Assembly (NCBI GenBank): GCA_012295275.1
Contig: CM022672.1
Span: forward strand, 28,272,001 to 28,336,000
Source: Chrysomallon squamiferum
Lineage: Eukaryota; Animalia; Mollusca
Reading direction: 5' to 3'
Length of the DNA: 64,000 nucleotides
Position 1 is the stretch's first letter. Every line of letters begins with the position of its first letter. Both the position numbers and the translations under genes were made by a program. The notes below the pieces were generated by a model that did no database searches, was not told the origin of the DNA, and saw only the letters and a program-made list of their open reading frames with translations. Of this stretch, positions 39,872 to 52,400 are shown piece after piece.

Positions 39872-42800
39872 TTAGTTGAATGATTGTTTTCTGTCAGGAC
39901 AACTGTAAGCTACATGCTGGTGAGAATGACACAAAGTACACTGCCGCTTGCTAGGCACCCAGCTACTGATCTGTTCTGATTTCTTCTGAGGGGAACAAGA
40001 AGTTACATATCTATCTCCTCTGTTCAGCAAATCATCAACAAAACTGATATCTTGAAAATCATCATCATTGTCTGGAGAATCATCAAGTTCCAAGTCTTCA
40101 AAATACTCAGGAATTACATTATGCAACATATTATCAACTGATTTGGTGTACCATGGTTCTTCATCCTTTTCTAAGTTTTTAAAACATTTCATCTCTTCAT
40201 TCTGGGTCTGGTCACAAGTATCGGTTAACAACCTCTCAACTCTGTTATCATCAAACTTATCCACTTCTGAAGTTTTATCAACACAAAGGACATCCTTGAC
40301 AATAGATAACAGAGACTCACTAGCCCTGATATTTTTCTTTTCTTGTGCTTTATTAACACATTGATTCAAATCATCTGCCTCCCACCAATCTGTAACAGAA
40401 ACCTTTCTGTTTTCTGAAGATCTCCGTGATTTCTTTTGAGTAGAATGCTTACTGCTTTTATTTTGCAGTTTTGCAGGAAGATATTTTTTTGCAACTGAAT
40501 CAACAGACTTTATACTTTCTGATTTGTCAGTATTCCTGCCACTGTGTAAAGGTGGTGGTGCTGATCCCTCATATGATCTTGATACTGCTGCTAAATCTAA
40601 CTTTGCCACACTAGATGAATGGAATGCTTCTTTAAAATATGACTTTGAATTATTTTTAGAGACAGAAGAATTGCGTTTACGGAAAGCTGAATTGCTTTCA
40701 GAAGATGCTACAGGATTTTGCATTCCATCAACTGATCTCGATACAGAATGTTTTAAATCATAACTCTTCACACCATCATACTTGTTGTGTTTTGGAAAAT
40801 TAGACATCGGCATATTCACCTGATTATCTAGTAAAGTAGAATGAGTATCAAGCCAGTCTGTATGACCAGATTTTGTTCTGTTTTCACATGCGAGATTATC
40901 AGCATTTGAAAGTTTTGTTTCTCTATTTTCACCATCATTGGTGGTTTTTCTCATTTTATAATCAGTCGTCCTGCTTTCAGTCTCTCGCTGATGTTTTTGT
41001 AGCGCTGCAGGAAATTCTTCATCTGTGCAAATCTTTGCAGCTGAATCCAGTTGCCTCAGGGCCAGAGTTTTCAGGTGTTTGTCTCTGTTGTTTTGTTTAC
41101 TATCTGATTTGCCTTGCCCATCAGATACACAGCTGGCCCTGGTACAGTAATGAGATAAGTTATTTAACTGAGAATCAGGTGATGTCACATTACCACCAGT
41201 CGACATGTTATCTTTCCACTGGTCAGAAACTCTGTTTGTTTTTAAATTAGGAACTGCAACAAGAGAAAACTAAATTAAATCCATAAAAAGCTAAAAATAA
41301 AATAATAATAAAAAATGCACACTGTTTTCTACAATATAACATGAAGTATGACAAGGAAAATACAAAGACTTTAGCTAAATCTTCTGAAAAGACATTAATC
41401 TAAAGAATCTCAACTAAATTATAAAATAATTAAAATTAAAATAAATGATTTGAAGATGATTTTTAAATCATGTATACATTTGTAATGTTTATTTCTATGT
41501 TATTATCAAAACCACAGGTTTATAAAAGACAAATTATTTACTGATATACGGAATGAGCTGAGGGGCCTGTTCATTATCTGTCTGAACCTGAACACTGCAA
41601 CATGTCTGTATATCTGTCTGCATGAAGGTTTCTCGAGTTGTTGGTTTTGTTATATCAATTTTCACACCAGGCTGTTGTATTGAAATAAGCAGAACTAAGT
41701 ATCGCAGCCTCAGGTTTCTGAGAAGTGAAATTTAGCAGTTACATCAGATTACAATTATGATATGCATTTAGAAGCACTATTGCAGGAATTAGTAAATTCT
41801 CACTGATACAGTCATTTATTACTCTTATCCACTATAAAAATAACATACCAAAGCTTAAGTTATTTAATAATTCACAAAGACATTGTTATATAATACAAAA
41901 TATCTATAGTTTTCAGAAAAGATAAAAAATGAAACCTGGATAAAGACAAAACTGGTCACAAGAGAATCAGTATGATAAGGTTAATATATGTTATATCATA
42001 CAGACTCAGACTGCTCTGTATAATTACCATACAAAACAAGTGAAAAAAGTATCTTAGCAAATCCTGCTGCCAAACACATATCGCAGCAAGACCAAAGTTT
42101 CAAGATCTGTATGACCCATTTATCACAAATACTGAGAATAAAGTTCTCCGTGACCTGCATGTACATGAAATGGAAGTGTGGGTTGTGCAAGCCCCCACTT
42201 GTCCGGTCATTTGTTTTTCTTCAGAACCCAGACACTTCCTTGCCTCCAGTATATTTATATTACTACAAATGTTGACAAAATGTAATTTGGCTGCTAATTA
42301 ATAAACTACATTTATTTGACAGTAAACAGTTATTACACATGGTTAAATAGAAATTTAATTATTAATTTAACGGCAGTTTATTTACTTACCACAATTATTA
42401 ATACACTTTTTTTTTTTTATAATTGATTTATATTTCCCTATTTCATATAAAGAGACTAGAAAACATTAAAATTATATACATGTAAAATTATTACTTTAAT
42501 AAGATTATCTGTAGTTAGGATATAGAAAAGAAATGTAGCCCTTAAAACAGTTTCATAGATAGGCAGATTAATGTTAAAACAAAGATGAGATTATCTATCT
42601 TCAGTCACAGTTTGTATGTATAAAAATCGATGATCCAAAGCTTGTGACTAAATAAAAAGCTGAGTCTGTTCATCTTGTGTTTAAAAAAGTTTACATAAAG
42701 TGTTATTATGTTTAAATAAGATCTGTATAAAGCACTATCTGCTCATTATATTACATAAATGTCAACTAATGCCTGGCTTCTTTATGTGTGGTCATATAAG

Positions 42801-45800
42801 GCTGGTCTTATTCAATAATCAATTTGCCTCATTTGATTATGTTTTTTGATTCTTTTATCACCAACTGTCAGTTCTTCAGTGCTATTGTGTATGGACCAAA
42901 AAAACCCAAAAAAATCACAAACATGCTGATAAGAAGGGAATTAATAACACACTATCTGACTATCCTATTCTTCATTTATTCATAAATAAAGCTCACTGTA
43001 CTGATTATTTAGAATAGTGCATAAATAAAACTTAACTGAAAATAATTCAGTAAGCATAAGTATCTTTTTATTTATTTGGGGGGCTGCACAGGTAAATAAT
43101 TCTACAGAAAAATAAAAACAAGAATTTTATTTAAAATTATTTTAGTATAATGAAATACCTGTCAAGATTATCAGAGAGAATTTTGTCTCTCATTTCAGTC
43201 TGAATACTCAGATATTTTGTTGGTGACACTTCGTTTACAGTAATTCCTGCTATATTCCAAAATTCTTCCAAGCATTCACAATACAGGTCCATTAGCTTTT
43301 TCACTTGATTATTTTTCTGTAAGATCTGAAAATATATATATATTTTTTTTTTAATGTCATTCTGTAATTTTTTTATAAGATCTAAATAATATTTTTTTAA
43401 ATATTTGAAGACTCAAAATCACACACAAAAATAAAAAATAAAAATTCACCCTATTCTTTTTGGTCACATTTAATTTTTTACAAAAAAACACTAAATGCCA
43501 CTGTGAAAAACTGTAATTTTCACATGAATTAGAATGTTCAATTCACATTGAAAAAGACACTAAATTTTGACTAATTTCTAATTATGTGTTCTTGCCAAAC
43601 AATAAATCAACCCAAAACAGGTATGTATCATCAGTTTTGTTTTGGAAACTAAACTGTTCTGAATTAAAATTTACTTACATTTTTGTTAAAGATGACCCAT
43701 TTCTCACAAATACTGAGAATAAAGTTCTGTGTGACATCAGCAGCACTAAGGATATAAACAATATTAATAAAGTTAAAACACACCAACAAAATAACAAAAT
43801 TTTTGATATATTTTCTTAAGTTAATTTGTAAAAAAACTGATATTTTGCCTCCATTACAAATGGTCAGTGTGTTTGACAGAATAGGGGTCAATGTGCCAAA
43901 AAAATTTGGGATGGGGAAAGTGTGACTATATCATGCAAGTCCAGCCAGACAATGGAAGCCAGTCACAGAGGTGCAAGTGACCTTGTTTTGGCCAGGGAAA
44001 ACTGGTGGTCAAGAACACATAAAAGGACGGTTCTTCTACCTCTATCCACACCTGGACATTGGTTTTCATGATTTTCATGAGTGTGACATTGGAATGTACC
44101 ATCCAAGACATTCAATAACTCTTGAACTATCTAAGGTATTTTAGAATGTTAGCAGACAGAAGCAGTTCATGGTATGATGAACGGTTCTGATAAAATAGTT
44201 TAGACACCCAGAAAATTCATGGGAGGTAACAGACAATGAGCTCTGGTTACTGTCCATGTCAGGAAAAGGGGGTACTAGACAAGTTCAACCAGTACTTTCT
44301 TCAACCCAGAGGACAAGCTGTGAGGAGGTTACATACATTGTTACTGATGTCATCTTAAGAAGGTGAATCAATCTAACTTCTAAGACTTAATTATTGTTGT
44401 TTTTGTAGGTTATCGGATCTGTTTTCATAAATAGATCACTTGGATTGTTTTCCAATCCAACCAGTGCCATGTGATTATTTTGTTAAAGGTCTTTGCTTGA
44501 AAAGATCTCAAGCTGCTAATGCAAAATGAATAGCTCAGTGTTGTAGTAGGTGTCTTTTCTGTTTATCTGTTTAAACCTGATTTACAAGATATCTTCTTAC
44601 AATTAAAAAAAAAAAAAATTTAATAACACATTTTTTTCTCTTAATTTTTATGCAGAAGCTAACAATCTTAAGTTATTCATGTTGATAAGCCAGTAATTTA
44701 TAAACTTATGAAATGAATACTGTTGAATGGCTAAAGGCATCAATTTTATGAACTTGTTTATATTTCAACTTGCAGAAATAGGAAGTAGCACACTATATGC
44801 ACAATATATTATATTTGTTATAGCTATCCATTTCATTGCTTTCCTGTTATTACAGCACTTAACCTCATCTATTGTAAAAACATATATTAGTGGAATAAGT
44901 AGCTGGCACAAATTTAAGGTGAGGGAAACCCTAGAAGGCATTTTTGTTATTTCAGACTTACTTGAAGGACTATGTAGGAGACATGCAACCCTATCACTTT
45001 GTCAAATTTGGAGAAAATTCTGGCTGCAGCATCAAATATTTGTTCATCTCAGTTTGAGGCCGATTCATTTGCAAAACCTTTCAAACTGGCCTCTTTTGCA
45101 TTTTTATTGGTGGGGGAACTAACAGCCAGAACACAGGTGGACAATTCAAACAGAGCGCTTGGAGTATAGGATATTACCTTCAAGTTTTGATATGGAGAAA
45201 AACACATCTGCCAGCTGAAACATCTAATAAGGAAATCGAAGAATGATCAAAGAGGTAATGGGTATCTACGGTACCTGGACAGTTTGGCAAGTGAAAATGT
45301 CTGTCCAGTGCAAGGTTTGTATAAATCATGATGTAAGATTGGTTCAACCCAGCTTCTTTCTTATCATGATGGTAAGTCATTAACCAGGTACCAGTTTAAC
45401 TCTGTTCTCAAACACATATTAGAGTCTAGAAATGTAAAAAGTAAATATTATAAATCACATATCATTAGGTTAGGAGCAGCAAAAGATGCCCCAGCTAGGG
45501 GGCCACCAGAGGATACAATTAAACAGTGGGGCAGGTGGTGATTGGGGGACTGCAGGAGGTGTATTTGGCTGCCATGAGAAATCTAATGTCATATTTAAAT
45601 AATAAAATTGCTGATTGTAAGGAAGCATGAAGTGTGGATAATAGGATCTTCCATTGTCTCCACTTGGCATGAATCTAGACACAGAAAAGGCAACCTAGGT
45701 TTGCAGCAGGATGGTATCAAGATAAAAGGGGAATGCAAGGAGACAGCTAGACAGTTCCAATTTAGAAAAGTTGAAAAGGGGATATTCATATAGATATAAA

Positions 45801-48800
45801 TGATTGTATATATATTATCATTTTTTTTTTTTTTTTAATCTAGGCATTAATACAAATTATTTATAATACCTAATAAACCCATTTAATGTCAGGAAAATAC
45901 AGCTAGTGTTGTGTTTAGTGGTAATTGGTGGCAGGGAGGTAATGGCCGAAGGGAATTAACTCTAGTTAACTGGCCTTTGTAATATAAGCGCAATATGTGC
46001 AGAAATCAGTCTATTCCATTTGAGTGCCATTTCAGCCACAAAATTATCCCACTCCCCTACCACATAAATGTAAATGTGATATTCATAATAATGCTCTTGA
46101 GTCTTTTCAAGGAGGACTGATTATAGCTCATGTCAGCATTGTAGTGTTCTCCCTACTATTTTATTATTTTTTATAAAATATAAATAAAAATAAAATATAA
46201 AATCTTTTCAAAGTGTCAAATTAGAAATAGTAAGTAAATTTGCCTTCTGATCCAGTGTCTTGAATGTATCAGCATTTGACCCAAGATGTGAGCAAATTCT
46301 GTATGATAGCCAGTCCTGCCTGATAAATTCTATAGGAAAATAATAAGAGGAGATACATAAAATGAGATGGATTTACTAACTGATAATGCAGGTTTCCATT
46401 CAGTATGTTATGATTTTTTTATTTATGGCTGCTTATATTTTATTATTAGCAAACATTAGTGTCATAAATTTTAAAATATTCAAAATATATTAACACTGCC
46501 AGAAGATCTACTAAATGAAGTTGTTACATTCTAAACTTGATAACTTTAACCTTATTTATTTCTTATAATTTTGAGGAAGTTTATAAACTTACTCGGATAA
46601 ACCGCTTTTCAGAATCTTTCAGAACTTGTTGTAAGCAACTCCCAAAGTTGAAACATTCTGACAAATATGGAAATGAAAGTAATTAAATAGAACAAAAAAA
46701 AAAAGCAGGAAAAGAATACACCAAACCATATATATAAATACACATTTCTGTAACATTCAGCTGCTTGAACTAAACAAATATCATTGTATGTAATAAAAAT
46801 AAAACATGAGTACTCTGAAATTAACTATTAATGCACAGATGGTATCTGTACTGGTATTTGTATTAAAATGTTCAAATATAATTTCAACTTACTTGTAAGT
46901 TTTGTTTGTTTGCAAATCAATATTAATTAGTAATAAAGTTTAGCAAAACAAAGAGAGTTTAATAAAATAATGTGGAATTATAAAAAGTTGTACAGTGCCA
47001 TTTATTCATGTTCAGCTTAAATTACTAAATATTTATACTTGTGTTGTGTCATGTTTTGCATGGAGGGAACTTAGCTCAAATTTATAGCTAAAGTAATAAT
47101 AAAAAAATATTTTAATATTTATAAGAGCTACAAACAAACAAAACCTACTAAATAAATACAAACTATTTAAGCAATTTACATGCTGTTATAATTGATACAG
47201 TGTTGTATATGAATGAATATAAATAAAACTCATATAAATGAAACTAATTTTCTTTTCTTTTTTATAGAACGATTTTATTTTCATTTATACTTTACTCATT
47301 TCCCTTATTTCTAACAAAAATTTCTAGAATGTAGTCTAAACCAATATACATCATCCTTGTATGGTTGGTGTTTGATGTGTGTAATAAATCTTGAAATGTC
47401 AACATATTTAACTGTTATGAACTATTTGACCATTCTCAAAATAAATGTTTTAAATGCAATCCTTTAATTAACACTATTGTACTGTCTCACCACTGTATGA
47501 ATCTAGAACAGACAAGATTAGATCCTGTGAGTCTGGTTTCTTTACACCTTGCTCCACTAGAACATCTAGAACTGATAGCAACCCAGCAGGTTGATGTTCT
47601 TCATCTGAAGAAAACAGAAAAATCTAAATAATTTAAAATCAAAATAATTGTTTCTTCTTAAAATTGAAATCATAGTTGTAAAAAGTATTTATTTATTTAT
47701 TTATTTAGAGATAATTGCAATACAAATTTGTTTTCTTATTATTTTATTTTATTTTACATAAGTGAACTATTTTTTTTGTTTAAAACAAAACAACCAAAAT
47801 AAATAAATAAATAATAATAAAAAAGAAAGATCAAATGTAAATATACAAAGCACAAAGTATCAAAACTTACTGCATTAGAACGCTTATTTTTGCATTTCTC
47901 TGTATGCAATATCATGTTAAAGGAGTAATGTCGAGCTAAATTTATCATCACATTTGAATGTTGTATTTATTGTAAAATCTAGTATTATAAAAAATAGTTT
48001 TTGAAAGTATACAAAAATATATATGTTTTCAATTTCTAGAGTACTCATTTATCTAAAGATTTTATATTTGAAGCAACCTAAAATATATATATTTTTTAAT
48101 TACTGTTAACTGTTTAAAGATCTTAACAATTTAATTAATTCATATATGGCAACAATGAGACAATATATTTATTTAGGATTTATTGTTATTAATGTTTCTG
48201 GTTTAATATTTTTACCTGCTGGAACCATTCTGTAAAACTTCTCACGAACTGCAGCGAAGTCAGAACATTCAGACTGAAGTAGAATCTAAATAAATGTTCA
48301 TACAAAAAATAAAAGAAAGAAAGAAAAAAGAATAAATTCAAGGCATGCAGTTTAATAAAAAAAAAAAAAAAGAAGAAGAAAAAAAATAACATATAAGTCA
48401 AGCACATAGCCAGTGTTTGTAAAGATGTTCTTTATCTTAAGATACAAATGTTTATTTTTTAATTTGAATGATAGCAACAAAAATATCTGCATGTTATTAA
48501 TAATACTTTAAATTAGTTTGTTTTATAATGTTTTTGTATTAACCACTTGATTTCTAAACATTAACAAATAAACTGACCTGCTGAAGCTGTTTGGATATTT
48601 CATACAATTCAATTTCATTCATCTGTTTGATCAATGTTGCTTCAGTTTCATCCAGTTCCTCTCTACTGAGAAACAACTTTTTTTTTTGTATAGGCCTTAT
48701 TTAATATTACAGTATTATTCCAATATTTGTTTACCAAAACATGTTAACACACTCTGTTTATTTACATTTATCAGTAACAGCAGCTGTTTACATTATTTTA

Positions 48801-49379
48801 CACTGACTTTATTATAATCAAATAAATATTAATAAAAGTTGTCAGTCATTTTTAACATTCTTAGCTGGATCAGGCCTCTCAGCAGAAAAACCTGTTAAAT
48901 AACATTAAAGTGATGAATTTTTATTAATGCCTACATCAGTCAGCAGTAATTTGATGAATTCAATTAGACTTGCAAAACATAATCAACTTATCTTTAAAAA
49001 TGTGTTGTTGTTTTTTTTGACTAATTCCTGTAAGATCTGCATTAGTTTCTCTTCTTTGATTTAAAGTATTCAGGGATTTAATGTATAAAACAGAAATGAA
49101 AAAAATATGAAAAACCTGTAATCTTTATCAGAAGATTTTGTCGAATAATTGCATGCAGATGAATATGTCTGTGCTGACTGAACAGAAAAACCTTTAACAT
49201 TTGTCAAATCTGCAATGAGATAGAAATGTTAAAAAATATAACATTTTACTTTATTTCTGATAAAAATATGACTATAAAGTTATAAGTTTAAGATTTTATA
49301 TAAATTAGTTGTTAATGAATTAGGTGTGTGATCACATAATAACAGTATATTTAAAAATAGCAAATATAAATAGTATAAA

Positions 49380-49420
<41 letters not shown>

Positions 49421-52400
49421 CAGTAACATAACAACAACAACAACAAATTATTTCTAAATTACTTTGTAACTGGTCTCCATGTATTTTTTTGATAGGTGTT
49501 AATGGATGAAGCTTCTTTTGTTCTTCAGTTGCTGTTGTTTTGTTGACAGCATTCTTCTTTGCAGGAACGACCACTTCTGACTTGAATGCTTTCTCTGGTG
49601 ATTCTGTAAATTCTTTAATCAGAGCAATTTTGCTGCCGATTGTGACATCATTCATGTGGGAATTTGTCTGACCAATTGTCAAATCTGTCATTTCTTTAAA
49701 ATAAAAATAAATAAAAATAATAACCAACAACAACAATAATACAGATTTTAACATGCAGAAATTATCAAAATAGATCATTAAAAGCTTTTTAAAAGTTGTT
49801 ATAGATAGTATTAGATATATGATACATGCAAAATTGATATCATATATAGGTAACATCATAAAGATATCTATAATGTGTATAGCTCTCATGATAACAGTGT
49901 TGGCAATGTATATAGCTGAGCTGTGATAACACAATATGTAATGTGTACACTGAGCTGTGATAACACAATATGTAACATGTACACTGAGATGTGATAACAC
50001 GATATGTAACATGTACACTGAGATGTGATAACACAATATGTAATGTGTACACTGAGCTGTGATAACACAATATGTAACATGTACACTGAGATGTGATAAC
50101 ACAATATGTAATGTGTACACTGAGATGTGATAACACAATATGTAACATGTACACTGAGATGTGATAAACACACTGAGATGTGATACACAAACATGTACAC
50201 TGAGATGTGATAACACAATATGTAACATGTACACTGAGATGTGATAATACAATATGTAATGTGTACACTGAGATGTGATGTAATATAACATGTACACTGA
50301 GAATACACAATATGTAACATGTACACTGAGATGTGATAATGTACACTGAGATGTGATATATGTAACATGTACACTGAGATGTGATAACACAAATGTAACA
50401 TGTACACTGAGCTGTGATAACAAATGTAATGTATGTGATAACACAATATGTAACATGTACACTGAGCTGTGATAACACAATATGTAATGTGTACACTGAG
50501 ATGTGATAACACAATATGTAACATGTACATGTACACTGTACACTGAGATGTGATAACACAATATGTAATGTGTACACTGAGATGTGATAACATAGTATGA
50601 TAACATAGTATGCAACATGTACACTGAGATGTGATAACATAGTATGTAACATGTACACTGAGATGTGATAACACAATATGTAACATGTACACTGAGCTGT
50701 GATAAGAATATGTAATGTGTACACTGAGCTGTGATAACACAATATGTAACATGTACACTGAGCTGTGATAACACAATATGTAACGTACACTGAGATGTGA
50801 TAACACAATATGTAACATGTACACTGAGATGTGATAACACAATATGTAACATGTACACTGAGATGTGATAACAGACAATGTATATAGCTGAGCTGTGATA
50901 ACACAATATGTAACATGTACACTGAGATGTGATAACACGATACGTAACATGTACACTGAGATGTGATAACACAATATGTAACACAATATGTAACATGTAC
51001 ACTGAGATGTGATAACACAACATGTAACATGTACACTGATGTAACATGTACACTGAGATGATGTGATAACTGAGATGTGATAACACAATATGTAACATGT
51101 ACACTGAGATGTGATACCACAATATGTAACATGTACACTATGTAACATGTACACTGAGATGTGATAACACAATATATGATAACACAATGTAAATGTACAC
51201 TGAGATGTGATAACACAATATGTAATGTGTACACTGAGATGTGATAACACACTGAGATGTGATAACACAATATGTAATGTGTACACTGAGATGTGATAAC
51301 ACAATATGTAATATGTACACTGAGATGTGATAACACAATATGTAACATGTACACTGAGATGTGATAACACAATATGTAATGTGTACACTGAGATGTGATA
51401 ACACAATATGTAATTTGTACACTGAGATGTGATAACTATATACAGACAAATGATCCTACCCCAGGTATCTTCAGTGAGAGGCGTATCTTCTTGAACATTC
51501 TGTATGTCTCTCTGTAGTTCAATTTTAGTCTCTTTCTGTCTCTCACTGTCCATCATCTTCTCCAGTGAGCCTGGAGATGCCAGTGCTGTTTTGAAAATCT
51601 CTGACATATCAAAACCAGGTACCACAACTGGAGGAGAAACAGTGTCAGGTGAAAGTCCACCCTTATCTGAGTTTAGAGACAAAGTTTCTTTACAATTTTG
51701 AGGTATTTCACTTGCTTCTTTACTTGGTTCTTGCAGGAAGATTTTCTTTGTATTTCTGGATTCTTTTGTAAATGTTTTCTCAATGTTGCTAGATTTTTGT
51801 GAAAATGTTTTGACAGTATCATTTGCTTCAATTTCATCTACAAAAATATTACAATGAAAACAATATATTATTTAATTATGCCATATATACATAGAAAACT
51901 ACCAAAAGGCAGTAACTTACTTATTTAATTTTTCATTAGGAAAACATTTTGAAAAAGCCTACCTCGCTCTTCTGCTCCAATATTTTCATACCATTCATAA
52001 TAGGAGCTGGGCAGAACATGAGTTACATCCCTGACAAACTGAGGAACACTGACCAGAAGATCTGTCGGCTATTTTTAAATAAATAAATTAAAATGTATCG
52101 TGTATATTGCTATGATAATTTTCACTTCAGTATTAGAAAAGGAAACTCAGCATATACAGGGTGTCTGTAAAGTTACTGTAAGTTATTTGTAATAAAGAAA
52201 TGTCATGGTTAGACTAAAAAAAAAATCAAAAAATAAATTTATTACATCAGAAAATATTGTAACAATATAAGGAATCGATTTCATTTAGTACAGTTGTGAT
52301 AAATGTTCAAACTGTAAGCCATTAGCTTCAGTGCATTCTCAACAACATGCAAGCACACTGTGACAAACTTTGAGTGTTGTGTCACTCCAATAAACACAAT

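Noticed and set aside
31143-41250. Short ORFs antisense or out of frame to the ZnF exon and the Tudor last exon
   Set aside because: Shadow ORFs of long coding exons with no independent signals.
48843-48891. Possible extra Tudor-gene exon after acceptor ttaacag
   Set aside because: Stops in all three phases with no good donor; the flanking exons join in phase without it.
49885-51436. CRISPR-like array
   Set aside because: Head-to-tail repeats without unique spacers, in a eukaryotic intron, with no cas genes.
49332-51682. Three long overlapping ORFs (596, 510, 598 aa) rich in C/H/Y/V
   Set aside because: Artefact of a stop-free 34-bp minisatellite; only the flanking parts (51837-51460, 49693-49463) are real exons.
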